A stretch of 64,000 bases of DNA from Lingula anatina (GCA_051362555.1 CM120648.1:10908587-10972586), one strand, 5' to 3'; shown: positions 27,601-43,527, numbered from the stretch's first letter. The notes: generated from the letters alone by a model not told the origin. Numbers and translations are program-made.

Positions 27601-30600
27601 CAAGTACATCGTAATTGGAACAAATTTCTGCACCCACATGTAGGTATCTACTCACAAAAGTGTCAGAATCTTGAAAAATAAGAAAATTTTGCCATATCTT
27701 TTAAATTAAAACAATGCATGGTTTTGAAATTATTAGTATTGTCATCAGCTTACCAGCAAATAACCTTTGGCAAACAAAATTAACAAAGTAGCTGTGGAAT
27801 TTTTCTAATTGTAGTAGAAATAAAATAAAATGTAATAGTAGAGTAATATCTCAGGAAAAATCAGACCAAAAAGTGGAAAAAAATTTAATCAAATACTATA
27901 TGACTGACTGTCCCTACTTACAGCAGTTCAACTCATCGGACCTATCAGTGCAGTCATAGTCACCGTCACACTTGTAATCATTTGGAAGACACTTCTCACG
28001 GTCCAGACACTGGAACCGACCAGGTCCACAAGGACCCACTGGCCCTGGAGTGACTGGTTGACCTCCTGGGGAGAAAAACAATGGCCATCAAGGTCAGTAT
28101 GACTTATTTCAGCAGTATTATATACTGACCGAATGATAATTGTAAGATGTCTACAAAAAGGAGGTTATTTAGGCTATTTCAGTTAAAACAATTATTTGTA
28201 GTCAAACACTTGCACTTAATCTTCATTTCTCATAATTCATTTCTCACAATTAAAGTGATTTAGACAAGAATTTAAGCACTCTAGTAAATATAACTATGAT
28301 TTGGACATAGTTTGATATATAACAGTAAATGTGTGGATAATTGCTGCCAATGAAATTATTTACTGCATTAACTAATATCCATAATTTTTATACTTGTCAT
28401 ATTTTAATTCAAATAAAAAAGGTCAATTAAATTAATGAAATAACAATAACATACTTGACACTATCAAACGTGCAGTGGCTTGGAAAGTGCCACCGGTACC
28501 TAATGCTTGACACTCGTAAACCCCAGAATCTTCCACGCGAGCACCCTGTATGGTCAGCCTACCACGGTTGTCTGACGCCTTGAAGGGAAGAGCCTGGAAC
28601 AACAGCCGCCAATGGGTTTGAATAACAAGCAAGACTTTATTTTTGGCTTTTAAAAATTACAAAGAACGAAGAATTCAATGTGCTGGAAAGCTTGCAATTA
28701 ACAAAAATGTCACTGCAACATGTACTTATTTTGAGGACTTCCTCACAGTGTCACATAATATGTATGCAAGCATATGATGCATCAATAACCAGCAGAAGTC
28801 CACATTATATTCAAGCACCTTTAGTCTATATTAATAAGATGTGTAACATTATAAACTATTCAGGAACTTGTTTTATGTTTCAAAGTGTTCTGTATACCTG
28901 ACTGCCTGCCTTGAACCACCTGACTGGCGGTGGAGGGTTTCCTGTCGCCACGCACTGGAACACAGCATCCCTGCCCTCCAAGATCTGCAACTGTCTCGGT
29001 GACACGGTCACTACAGTTGGAACAGCTGAAAGGTGACGTTTATAAAAAATTGCTATATTAAAAAAAACAACTGTTGTTCCAATTGGTGATCTTTGGCAAC
29101 TCAACAAGGGGAGAGCATGGGAGGAAAAAATCCCAAGACGCATTAGTGGCACAAGATGAGACCAACTGACTCCCTTAAGCATTATTACAAAAAGAGGTTT
29201 CTTTGGATTTTAAAATAATTCAATTTGGTATAGAAATTCATTGTAGCTAGCAGAGAAGACACTTCTGTTAGCCAAATCATTCAGTGGCATAAAATAATAA
29301 ATTTTGATTTGATGTAATTAATTTTTCTTTCTTTTCTCTCTATATCTGTTTTAAATTTTGCTTTGTCACACAGTGTGTTCCCATTTAAAATAAATAAATC
29401 CCTTATATCAGTCTTATCTTGTACATAATGCCCCGTATAGTTACAAAGTGAGATGGCGTCTGCTGAAATAAATTGTGATTTGGAAGGTTTTGCTTAACCT
29501 GCATTCATGGCACATGGAAAGCTCACATACACTGGTTACGTGTTACTTTGGGCATCATGAAGCTTTCAGTTCATCCATGATATAATTTAATATAATAAAT
29601 CTAACTAAGGTGAATGTTTGAGAGCATTTGGGCAGATATGTTGCAATACAATTCTTGGACAGAGGCTAACCCCGTATCCTGCATTTTTAAATGAAAAATA
29701 AGAGTCATTAAACTAATATAATATTTTCCTGAATTCAAAATCAACAAATTAATATGAAAAAGGAATTCAGACATGATCATGTTCACAAGATGTTTTTCAA
29801 ACATGGTGAAAAAAATTGATTGATAAATATGGAATTATTATTAGAAAAGATAAAAAACTTTCCAGTCTCAGGTATAGTTTTAACTAAAAAGTTTCCAGTC
29901 TCAGGTAAAGTTTTAACTTAAAAAAGAGATTGCATAACTGAAAGATGTATGAGATTACATGCAGGATACAGAGTATGGAGTTGAGTAGGACACTTAGACC
30001 ACATTCAGACTGAAACATCATACCAGCAGGATGGATCCAATTCTGTGGAGGATTCTTGCTTAAGTGCATTCAGTGTAATCATCTTAATTGTATGACACGC
30101 CTTTGAGTAGCTAGTTAATAACCCCATTGAAACTTGAGGAGGCATGTGATGCAACTGTTTTAGGTTTTGGTACGTGGGTTTCTTTACAAACACATTTTTC
30201 ATCACTTTTTTTCTCTAATTCAAATTCGTCTTTCAAAAATATAACTATTACTGACCAGTAAGAGGCCTAGCTAGTAAGGCAAAGTATGTCCCATTTCTGG
30301 TTAAAAAATGTAGTCTTCTTTAAACTTAGCAATTATTTCCAAGTAATTGTTTGCAAATACACATTTTTTTTTTCAATATTATATTTATTTACCATGAGAT
30401 GAGTTTTGAAGCACAATTTATTAGAATGTTTGGGGTTTCTATAAGAATTACAATGGAGAACAATAAAATTGTCATGCAGGTTTTTCATTTTCGAATATCT
30501 AAATTCTACACAGAATATTAAGAATGAGATTCACATAGAGACAGATTAAGGTTCACAACAGGACAACATTCTGGACAAAACTGTTACAACATAATTATTT

Positions 30601-32590
30601 GTTATAAACATTATTATTTGTTATGTTAGATTGAACTTAAGAAAGCTATCTGTTAATATTTTCCTTTTTTTTCATTCATTTTTCCAAAGACTTCAATTTT
30701 TAATAAGATGTTACAACTGTGACATTGATAATCATGAAATGTATGAAGGGAACAAAATAATTAGTTGAACCTATTACATAAAGATGTCATCAATTTCAAA
30801 AGTTCACATAAACCTACAGCCAATTTGAAATACAAATGAAATGGAGAACGGAATGAAAATCAACTATGCTGAAAAATATTCTCACATAGGCCTACATAAA
30901 TCATAAAACTTTATGATAAAGGTTCAACTAAAGGTCATTCGTTCACCCTCACTTACGACAATTCAACTCGTCGGAGCGGTCAGAACAATCGTATCTTCTG
31001 TCGCAACGACTGTTCCGTGGAACGCACTGACCATTCCGGCAGCGATATTCTCCCGGCAGGCAGAAGGCTGTCAATTGTAGTAGAACAGGATGCAGTAGTA
31101 AATAGAGTACAATATTGTCCATTTATTCTGCAATCTCACACCCACATGCTTTCTCATGATTTCTCAGAGGTGGTGCGTTCTGCAGCCAATATATGGACAA
31201 TGTTGTGGTACTAAGTAAGTAAAAGTCAGTACTATAATTTGGTCTCACTCAAACAATTTTTGCAATTTTGTAATTAATTTGGTTGAATTCAATTTAATGT
31301 GTTTGTTTATCATATGCAATAATCAATCTATTATAACAGATCTGTTTACGATTCACCAAAATGAATTTAACTTTCAGACAATTAATTGCATAAGACTTTT
31401 ATCTAACGCTTCAAAATATTTCAGCCAAACATTAACATAATGCAAATGTTTTAGAGTGATTCCATGTTGCTATGTTGGGCTTTCTATATAAATATACTTC
31501 ACAGAGTGACATTGATTTTTATAAATGAAACATACGCTTACATCCAATGCACAAATTATAATATATTTGACATTGTCAAACTTAAGTCTGCAATTTATAC
31601 TGTTACAAAAATAATTGAATACTGTTACCAAAAAAAGCTTTTGCTCTAACTTACTGAATAAAAAGCAAAATACAACAAAGTTTTATCTGTCAATATTGGT
31701 GAATGTGTGTAAACATACATATATTAATTTGAACCAATTGCAAAGCAAGCAATATTTGCTGCATTTCTGTGAATATATCCCAAGCCCAAGCAAGCATTTT
31801 TTTTATCAGAGACAACTAGTGGACATTGTTAAATGGCAGACATCCAAAAGGCAGAAGAAATTGGGTTGGAAAATAGAATAATTTGAAAGAGGAAAAATTG
31901 GAAACAAGGTGGAAATAATACTACTACAATTTTACTGCTACATTTAAAGTGAGCAAAAATACTTGAGATGACTATTCTTAAGTATATGGGAAGGACAAGA
32001 AAAAACTTTAAATTTATGAATGTATAGAAAAAGACAACTTAAAAAAGGAATGTGAGTTTCAAAGAATTTGAACCAAAACTGTGAGGTGTACCACTATTTC
32101 CAAGGATAATATTCATATTAAAACCACATCAACTCTAAAAAGTAGGATTAAAACTAACACCATTGAAAAAATTCCACAATTTAACAAGAAAATGAAACTG
32201 AAACAGGTGTTGCTCGAAAGAAATTTAGCAAAATGTTAGGAATGGAAAAGACATGATGTGTTATAAAACATTTAATTCAAGCCGTCCAGTACATGTGCTT
32301 ATAAATTTTGACCAAAATTTCTTTATACGAAAGGTTGGAACCACATTTCAACATAATGTACACATCCACTAAAGCACACTTGTACATGCGTGCACACACG
32401 CACACACACATATAAATACATACGACAGTTAACTTCATCTGATCCGTCCTGACAGTCCCTTCGCCTGTCGCAACGCTGGCTTGAACGAATGCATTGTCCA
32501 GACGTACACGTGAACTGGTTTGCACCACATGGTCGCAATGCTGGAATTATAAAAAGTTACCATATTTTTTAAATCATACTAACCATTAAC

Positions 32591-32636
<46 letters not shown>

Positions 32637-35600
32637 TTTTATTAACCTAACATTTTACTCACAGTTAGTTTGAACAGAAGTTTGAATTGAGAGTGCCAAT
32701 ATCATCCATATTTATTGTTCCTGTTACGATTTTAAAACTGCAACTTTGTTTTATTTGCAAATTACAACCTGTTTTGTATAGCACAATTACATTTGCGTCA
32801 AAGGAATCCACATGTGGAATTTGGTATTTTGTGCTTTCATTAAGAACTTTAACTTTAACTTTGGCTATGACAGCATCAATAATTCTATGCCAATATTTTT
32901 TACCTATGACTCAAGGCATAATAATGAAGTCAATAAAGCAATTCCAAAGGAAAAAAATCCCATTAGGATTTGTTAGCAAGGAACATATCTGAATCACACA
33001 TTCAAATATTTCAAGAGCTTGAGGCATTAAAAACATTCAGAAAAGAAACTGAGAAAAAAGAATCATCAAAGCATTTAATGAAAACACTCAAACATATGAC
33101 TGGCTGTGGGCATGACCCATTAGAGTCAGTGTTATAAAACCAAGTTGTTTTATCAGCGATTTCCAACTGTGACACACAACAATCATAATGAGAGAAACTA
33201 CCAGCAGTCCAAAACCACAGTAAGGAAGCCAAAGGGAAAAGAAGCAAGATCTGCATTGTCACATATATAGTAGATATGTTTTTATAATTGCAGCATATTA
33301 GATATATGTTTCCATAAGAATAAAAGGACAATTTTTAGTTTTCAAAATATTGAAGTTATAAGAATTAGTTTAATAATAGTAATAATAATAGTAATAATAA
33401 TAATAATAATGGCATTTTACCATCTTTTTGTAATGAAAATGTGTACATTGCTGGTATTTAAAACACACATCAACTTCATCAGACTGAACAATTGCAAAAT
33501 ATTCTAATTCTGACCAACAATAATCTATAAATTGATGTTTGACTATATCTGTCAATTACACTTGCATCGTTCAAAAATTGGAACTGGTAGGTTATTCAAA
33601 AGCTTCCATGTTAATAAAGCATCCGCCACCAACACCACCAAGACTTAAACAAGGTATAGCAGTCTAGACAATACCAATTAGGCATTTGTGAATTCGAGCC
33701 TCAGATTTGTGAGCACAAATGCCCAAATTAACAACTAAAACCACAAATTAAGTACCCAATAAGTAGCCAGGAGCACAGCGTTCTGACACAGAAACTGCTC
33801 TGAAGCTGTGTTCATGGCTACTAATTTTATATTTGGGTACTTAATTCATGGCTCGAACTGTTAATTTGGGCATTTGTGTTCCCAAATGTAAGGCTCTTGG
33901 TAGCATACAGCAATTTCCGTTTGAGGCCTGCTTCTGAACCCATCACCTTGCGCTTACAAAAAACATCCATTGCCACCAACTTATGCTTGCAACACACAGT
34001 TGTAACAGTCTAGGACATCTTGCAGTCAGGGTTGCAAACTCTATGTATGCCTTTACACTGTTCTACACACTTCATAGCTTACTTTTGTTCTTTTTTACTA
34101 TTTTAAAAGTTATCATATACTGATCATATTTTGTATAAATTATATATTTAATATATAGTAATTTAAAAAAGTTGGCAACCCACAGTAAAGTTAATAACAT
34201 GTAGTGCAGGGCAGGTTCTTTGCTTCATAAATTCATAAAAAAATTAAATGTCCATTATATTTTTACAAGGGAAGGTGCATGCCTGTATGAGATAAATGTA
34301 GTAAGTGGGAACACAGTGAGAAAAGAGTGCACTAGGTAATGCTGTGCATGATGGGTAACAACTTGCATTATGGGAAACAAGGTGCATTGTGGATAAATTG
34401 ATAAACCATTAGATTGGTGCATGTTTGGTTACTGACATAAAGCAATGCCTTCTGGGTAATAAGGTACGAGCTATAAACAGGAGAGAAGGATAAGGAAAGG
34501 ATATTGCAATAAACATCCACTTACGACAGTCTAACTCATCAGTGTTATCAGGGCAATCTCGCGTTCCGTCACAACGTTTTGCCTCCGGTATACAATTGCC
34601 ATTCTCACAGCGCCATTCTCCAGATCTACAAGGTATCGACTCTGAAACGGTGCCGGGTGAAAGAGGAATGTGCGTGTGTGGGGAAGTGTCGTAAGGGATA
34701 TATGATGGGAGATCAGTTCATTTATCATCATAAAAGATCTACCAACTAAATGGCATGTGCATAATGCAATTATTTCAAGCTACTGTTTTCTAATTCAGAT
34801 AAGAAACTTAAGGTATTATTTGTGGCAATTATTCAATTTTTCTCTTTGATGAACTAATACTTCTACAATTTAGCTTTATATTTCACTTTATAAGTTGCAA
34901 GTGGGACTAAGCACACCTTTATTGCAATTTTTTGCCAAAAGAATAACCTACATAACAGGAAAGTGGTAGTAACAGTAATGGCATGGCCAGATTATTGCAA
35001 ATGGTATCTTTTATTCAAAATTTAGAAGTGAAATTAAATTTAAAAGATGAAGAGTGGATATAAATATTTAAAAGTGACAGATGTGCCTTCTGCAGTTCCA
35101 TCTTCAAAAGAACTCTCCAGTGATCAGATGCAGATGTTCTAAAGTGATCAGGCACTGCCCTCAAATATCACTTTCTAAATATTTACTCAATATCTTGCGA
35201 ACATTTTCAAAGAGACCATTTCCATATGTTTATTGAATGTTTACAAAATTTTACTCTTTATGTACGCCAAATGGGGATGAGTTCTTCGTTCAGTGCCATT
35301 TTGAAAAGATGTCAAAATGAAGGTAATATCTTGGGGCATTTAAAAAATTTGTACAGGACACAGAATGCTGCAGATGGCATGGGTTGTTTGGAAACTTTAC
35401 AAATAAAGCAGGACCATAAATACTGTTCCCAATAAACACAATTAAATTTTCCATTTTCTTCCATGAGAATTTGAAATAAGTTTCTCTATAGAAAGTGCAC
35501 GTATAGAAAAGTTGAGAGGTGGATGAAAATATAATTTTGAACTCCTCTGCATCCATATGGCGGGAGATTTGTATACAAGATACATACACAATTTACAAGA

Positions 35601-38600
35601 CTTACAAAATGAAATTATCAAGGTGCAACATGCCAATTTTAAATTATCTAAGAATCTCTGGCAGTTCTACTGAAACTGGTTCAATTTTTCCATCTAACTG
35701 ACAAAAGGCTATCATGCTTCTAAAAGTGAAAATGTTCAATGCAGAGACTACCTATGTGTAATATGAATTAAGTGAAATCTTGCTGGGAATGCTCTTAACT
35801 TTCAAAATTATTGCACAAATTAGGCTATAATTCAACCATTTGGCCAAAAACAAACACAATGTATGAATTTTGTACAAAAGGTTAATCAGTGAAGCAGGAA
35901 ATTCTATTCTATGTGACACGAAAACTGATGTGAAATGAATACCAAGTCCCTAAATTCCAACGTGAACATGTGCGAGGACACTTACGACAGCCAAGTTCAT
36001 CTGTCCCATCTTGGCAGTCCAACTTCCTGTCACAACGCTTGTTCTCATCGATGCATGCACCGTTACTACAGCGGAACTGATCCCTGCGACATTGCCTAGG
36101 CACTACGGGGTAAGATATATAGTGCGTTCATCAATATAAGGGGGTAAGAGTATAAGACAGAAGAGCAAGATGATCAATAAAGGGGGTGGGAGTATCAGAC
36201 ATAAAAGCATTTTCATCTATTAAAAAAAATAAAGAGAGAAAGTGTATGATAAAAGCGTTTTCATCAATAAAAAGGGTAGCTATTCATAAACTGCAAAACT
36301 CTCCGACTCGTACATCTCTCTATTCAGGTTACGGAAATTATTATTTTTTTTTTAGGTATTGTGAATAAAATAATTCTGGGAAAGAAATCAATTTCCTTGA
36401 ATTTTATGAGTAAACTTTGTATAGCAAAACCTAATAAGAAGCATGCCTGATTATATCTAACCCTAAGAAAGACCTTGAGAGAGAAACAATTATCTGATCA
36501 GCAAAGGAGTGGATGACAAAAATGTCAAAGTCTGGCAGATAGGAATTTTGCATCAGTGTGGTATAGTTCACCCCTTCAATATCTTCTGAATACTGGAAAA
36601 CCTCTATACAGGAATGCGCCTCCATTTTTAAAGTAATATAATATTTTTAGGGAATTTCACCTAGATTTGATGAAAAATTATACATTGAGCCAAATCCAAA
36701 AAAATCTGCTTCATCAAGTGATCTCAAAGAAGCCCTCCACATCAGCAGAAGGAAATCGTGGCCACAAGGTCACACACCTCTTTAATCTTTTTTTTTTTTC
36801 GACAGTCATTATGTCAATGTTTACTTTGTATCTTTTCTTCTTCATATCTAAACACTATATGGCAACAACAGAACACCGTTTTAAAAATTATAAAAAAAAT
36901 TGATTTAACAGGCCATTCTGCTGAGGAAAATTGAAAACTTAACTTCTCCATACTAAAGAACTTGTTTACCCTTCAGTTACATCACAACACTTTCCATGAT
37001 CATACACAGCAGTTAAATGTGTAACCATACTCGGTAACCATGAAAATATAAGTCACTATCACAGACAAAATCTGTCGGAAATTGCTACAATTCCTCTTAG
37101 TATTGCAAAACATCTAAACCTTTTACTAACAGTTGTATGCATGTGTCAAATGCCAGAGACTTTGGGTAATTGCCCTTACACTGAAATCAAGAATGTGATC
37201 AGAGATGAGGGGAAATAGAGCTCATTCTCTCATAGCTTAAAAATGTCTACCAGCTCTTTTTAACAAACCATTTGTCAACATTTCCAAAGCAAAAATAAAT
37301 GGTCTCGATACCTTATCAACCAGAAACAGCTTTACAAGGGTGAATGCTTTCAACTGGTAAATATGCCACTTTTCATTGTATTTGTATCACTAATTAAGAC
37401 TTAGCCATAAAAAAGGATTTATTCAAGTATTGGGCCTACAAAAATATCTCTATTTGACAAAAACAAAGGCTTCATTCACATGCAATATCTATTTTCTAAA
37501 TTCTATTTTCTATTCGCGGTATGTCTTATGATCGCGGTCTGTGCCCTGAATATCCCGCGGCGTAATTACTGGCAGCGCGAGCCAGTTACTATAAGTTACT
37601 ATAAGTACACAGAAAGTGTATCTCTACAGTGTTTTATATGCTCAGGTGGATCCAAGAACTTACCCAGGAAAAGGGGGAGAGGCAAAATTAAAAGATTTTG
37701 CCTTGCTTGTCTTGGCAACCATAAAATAGTAGCGAAGACGATTGTGATGCTATATGAAAGATATAGAAATTGTTTTTTCTTGTTTCACCAATACTACTTT
37801 TTATTTGAAGCGTGGGGGGGGGGGAGTGAAAAGGGCAAAATGGGGGTATTTACAAAGCTAAGATCCATAGTGTCCCTTAAATCTGCTGCTACTGTACCTT
37901 TTAACCACAATGTAAATTTTTTATCTTTCTAAACTAAACCATTTCACAAAGACACACAGACACACACATATATATACACACACACACACAGTTCGAAAAC
38001 TTACGGCAGTTCTCTTCGTCACTCCTGTCACGGCAGTCAGGAAAGTTGTCACAGCGACGACGACTGTCGATACATGTTCCATCGGTGCACCTGAACTCCC
38101 CAGCACTACAGCTAGGTGGCGCTGGAAGCAAGATGAGACAATGCTTTACAAGAAAATGGAGACTATTTGCTGTTATCGTGATTCATCCAGGAGACCATGG
38201 ATTTCTGATGCCATGACGATTGGATGACAAGAAAGTATTTAACGAAGAAAAGGGAGCCTTTTTGTGTAATTTGTTGTGTATAACAGCTACCAAGAACTTG
38301 TAAATCAGAATTTATTAACGATTTGTCAACTGTATATCAAAAAGATATACATTAAACTGTCTGGTAATGATGAGCTTTTTGAAACAAAAAAAGCAAAGCC
38401 GAAGCACTTGCACAGGTTTCTTTTTTTTTTTTAATTTAATGTACAGCAATGTTTGTGAACTATTATCCACCCTTACCAAAGAACTTCTTGCTTTACAGCA
38501 GTTACAGCTATTTTCTCAAACCTTAATTTTGTGGGTTTTACAACTGAATATATCAACTAATGTACGTAGATCAAATCTAAGACCTGTTACACTGGAGATG

Positions 38601-41600
38601 GGACAAGATAATACACTGCACCTCAGACCAAAGTAGTTTTTTGTATTTCAAAGCACTTACATGTCCATTTAAAGGAAGAACAGTTTAACTGTAGAGTGTG
38701 AAGTGTACAATTACAAGGATACATTCGGTATCACCACAATTTTCTAATGCATACATTCATTTTCAATGGGCCCAAGAGCGTAGGGTCTGTATGGAATGTT
38801 TCTTCATTAATATGTCTATCATAATTTATAAATTAACTATTACTATAATTTATCTTTAACCATATTCACGATGGTAAATATCTAACTTCACAACCTTATC
38901 TCAATAAAGTAGGAAAATATCAATTTTATGAGCAAGTGATTTATAGTGCAATTATTGTATATATGTCATAATTTCAGCACACCGAAAGACAGAATACAAA
39001 TTATCACTGTTCTCATAAAAAAAAAAAAATTAAAAATAATTTTCATGGAATACATTCACACAGTAAAATATGTTGTGCAATTTTAGCAACTATCTAAAAA
39101 CAAAAGGAATATGTGAATCTAAATATGATGTACATGATGGGAGTGAAAATATGGTTGGTACATTAATATTCCTTCACAAATTCGAAAGAGAGGAAGATTT
39201 ATTTTAGTTTAAAAAGCTGTGTCTATACAAATTATTAACTTTATTTGAACACATTAGGTAGATATTTTGATCGAAATTTTGGATAATCACATTTATGAAC
39301 AGCAACCACATTTTTATTGCCACAAATTTAAAAGCTTTAAACTTAAAACTAATAATCTTTTGAAGGCAGTGCTCAATCAGTTAACTGTAAATTGTAATAT
39401 TTTTGTTCATGTTGGATATGAATTTCTTTGTGTAAACACAGCTTTATTTGTAGATACATTTTTAATCTACTCTGTGATTTTGGCTAAGATACGTGTTGTG
39501 AAATTGTTAAAAAAATAATATCAATAAATGAAACAAAGTGCAGGGCACTACTACCATCTAAAACTAAAAATTAATTAGTTAAAATGAGTGCTTCCACTAT
39601 CCAGAAAAACTTCAATATTCTTTTTTAGAAATGTAAGCAACAACTATAGCCAAAAATAATAATTTCTTTAAAATGTCACGCATTAGGTTCAAATGTATAA
39701 TGAGTTGTCAATATTTTTCTGTAAAATGGAATTCACTATAAATTATTTACCTCCACCACAAGACCATATTTTAGAACACTGAATAATATATACATAATAT
39801 AAGACAACAAGGCAGCAAAGCTGTCAAATGTACAGACAAAAACACAAAATAAAAATGCAGAAAATGGTTCATTTTGTCAATTTTGATGCCTACAATAGCA
39901 CTGTCAATCAACGCTGAAATTTAATCATGCACAACAGGTGACATCGTCAATAACAGGAGCTGATCCAGAGATATTTTCTGACAGTATTCCAAATTATCTT
40001 TGTTGATCCATCCTACATTTTTGATGGTCTTCCAACAGAAAAAAGAGATGCCCATCAATGTGAACTTTAAAATCTGAAAGACCCAGAAGATGGCCTCAAT
40101 CCACCCCTGCAATAAGATTACAGTTTCAGGACCAAATTCACATAATGAAAATCCCAATATCTAAATAATGATGACAGTGCATAAAATAATATTACATAAT
40201 GTTTAAAGACATAAAAACCAATGCAACTGCTTATGTGGAAATACAGAAAATGTGAAGAGCTTCAGGTGGATGGGAGCTGAAAATGCCAGTGTTTGAAAAA
40301 AAAAATTAAAAAGAAAACACAAAAATATCCCATTAAAGCTACTATTCAAACTTTTAATCTTGCTGTAATAACATGATATGAATAACCCCAATGTGTTTGA
40401 GGATAATAAGACACTGTTATTCATCTATTTTTTTGTTTTGTTTTGTTAACTTATTTGCAATATTAAACAACATTTACCTGCATAATTATCATAGATTCCT
40501 AATTATGTGACACAGTTAAGAGAGCTTAACCTATGGGACTTTACTGGGAAGTCTCAGCGTGTGTTTTATGTAATCTTATTTAATGGGCACTTGGAAATCA
40601 ATTAGGCAAATGATTTTATAGCTCTGAATTTAGCTTGTGACTATCCCAAGGGGCAATTACCACCATCCATACACAGTAGCCCCATATAGCACTCTATAGA
40701 GCTACATTGCTTCCAAAACGGAAAACAATCACACTGATTTTCCAACACAAACTGCACATCAGTCTTACGAAACTTTTCAGTAAGTTTGAGTATCATAAGT
40801 AACATGGTTTTTCCTTAATGGTCATTCCGGCAGCCATTTCCAAAATTAGGGTTTTCTTCAACTTTTATGCAATATAATATAATGACCATTAATTTTTAAT
40901 AATAAAATAAAAGTATCATGGATTTACAGAAAATGTGACATGGAAATGTCTTCAAGGCCATGGAAGTTCAGAGTCACACTTTCAAAATGCTAAAATGTAA
41001 ACAAAAGATAACTGTATTGAATTGATTTTCTTTCCATTTTCAACATCTTTTTTTCATATAACAAAATAATCAATTTACTGTCATTTTTAAATGAACAACT
41101 AAGAAAATTGCTGTCATAGGAAAAATATCAATAGAACAATTTTAAATTGCCATTTTGCTCCATTCTGAGATTCTGAACATGGTGAATGATTGAATCTGAC
41201 AAACTGTAAAGATATGAGTTTATTATTATTTCCATTTTTGACACTTTGTTATATAATACACAATAACAGGTTAACCATCTTTTTTATATAATCAACTAAC
41301 AATATTGTTAAGATGCAGAAAATGTCAAAAGAACACCTTTACATATTTAATTAGTTCACAGAGGAGATTCTTAACATGCCTAAGAATTAAATCAAAGGAA
41401 AAAAAAACACTTATATACAAAAAAAAAGGCATAACTTCACCAAAACTGAACCATTTTCAAACTCCATCTGTATTTCAGTAAGACTGATCTCCCCTGTAAA
41501 TTTCAAGACAATTGGCCAATTGATTTTTCTTGAAATGCGTTAGCGGTATTGCATACATGCTGAAAAAAGTGAAAAAACAGCACAACTTCCATAAAATTGG

Positions 41601-42197
41601 TCCGATCACACTGATTTTCAAACTTTGCCTATGTAATATGAATATTCATCAGTTCTGTTAGTTTCAAGCCAAAAGGTAAAACAGTTTTTCACTTATCGTG
41701 TATCAGTGTTGCATATATGCTAAAAAAATGAAAAAATAGCATAACTTCCATAAAAATGACCCGATAAAGCTGATTTTCAAACTTGACCTGCGTATATTAA
41801 ATATTCATCAGTTCTGTAAGTTTCAAGCCAAAAGGTAAAATGGTTTTCCACTTATCGTGTTATCGGTGCTGCATATATGCTGAAAAAAGTGAAAAAACAG
41901 CATAAATTCCCTAAAAATGGCCCAATCATGCCGATTTTCGAACTTGACCTGCATATTATGAATATTCATCAGTTCTGTAAGTTTCAAGCCAAAGGGTAAA
42001 ATGGTTTTCCACTTATTGTGTTATCGGTGCTGCATATATGTTGAAAAAAGTGAAAAAACAGCATAAATTCCCTAAGAGTGACCCGATCATGCTGATTTTC
42101 GAACTTGACCTGCGTATTATGAATATTCATCAGTTCTGCAAGTTTCAAATCAGAAGGCAAAATGGTTTTCCACTTATCGTGTTATCGGTAAAAGTGC

Positions 42198-42228
<31 letters not shown>

Positions 42229-43485
42229 CAGCGACGACGGCGACGGCGACGACAGACGCAGATGATGGCTATATGTACAGACACATCTGTGTCTGTACAT
42301 AAAAATATATATATCAAAGGCAAAACTATCACATTATAAGGCAGTATACCCTTGTACGGCACATTGCACTTCATTATAGCCAAAACTAAGCTATGTAGTT
42401 GTATGTAATATGGAATATCTGATTATTATTGAAAATAAAAATAAATAGCTGGTTTATAGTAGTGCTGCAAAAAAAAAAAAATTCATAATCAGAACGAAAA
42501 ATAAGCAGCAGAATTTATCACCATTAAACTAACACACACACATATATATAATACCAACATAAAAACACTGAAAACAAATACAAAACATTTGAGTACATTT
42601 AAACATAAACATGCAACCGTTAAGTGCAATTTCGTGAAGGGAGCGCTGTACACGCACATGCACCGCACAACTTACGACAGTTCTCCTCGTCAGTGTTATC
42701 TGCGCAATCTCGGTGGCCATCGCAAACTTGTGTGATTGAAATGCACGAGCCAGATGGAGCATTTGCTGTGCCGCCATTACGACACTGAAACTCGTTTGAA
42801 TAACAGCGCGGCGCATCGGTTGCTATGGTAATTGATACAGGATAGTTGAGAGATATTTGCATTCGCTTAAAGCTAATTGATAATATCAAGAATACAAAAT
42901 ATCTGTCATAGGCAGGAAGACCCTGAACGTTAGAAAACTAATAATATGTCATCTCTGTAGCCAAAAATTTCCAATTTTTTTTATGAAAAAGTTGACTTTT
43001 ATATCCCCCTTACTGACCCAACTTGAGAAAATGGCACAGCTGAAACTGCCAATTACAGCAGACCTTTTTTGACCCAAGGGCCATTCTTTCATATTCCCCA
43101 AAAAGAATCATGGCAGATTTTGGACATCCCTTATTTTCAATAATTTAAAATCAACATATAATGTCCATTATCAAATACATGCCAGGGTAAGTTTCAAGCA
43201 AAATAATTCAATAGAATTCATCATTCATGCATAAAATAAAGCTATTCTTGACAATGACTAAATAATGAGAGACAAGATCAGAATTTAGATCCACTATCAA
43301 TGGACCTTGTTCATGTCACATTTCAGATGATGGTGGATCGAAGCATAGTGTAGCTCTCAGTATTTAATTTCTCTAAGTGAAAAATAACTCTGTTTTGTCA
43401 TCTCACCTAGAGATCATAAAACACCTTTTTCATAACAATTGAGCATGCAGTTTGAAGAATAAAGTATGTCCCCTTAATTGGTGTC

Positions 43486-43527
<42 letters not shown>

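Noticed and set aside
37480-37932. 150-aa plus-strand ORF as a nested gene
   Set aside because: Low-complexity, overlaps a probable degenerate repeat, no homology signal or splice structure
42038-42383. Asp/Gly-rich and poly-Arg ORFs
   Set aside because: Translations of the GGCGAC microsatellite in the HINE-like element
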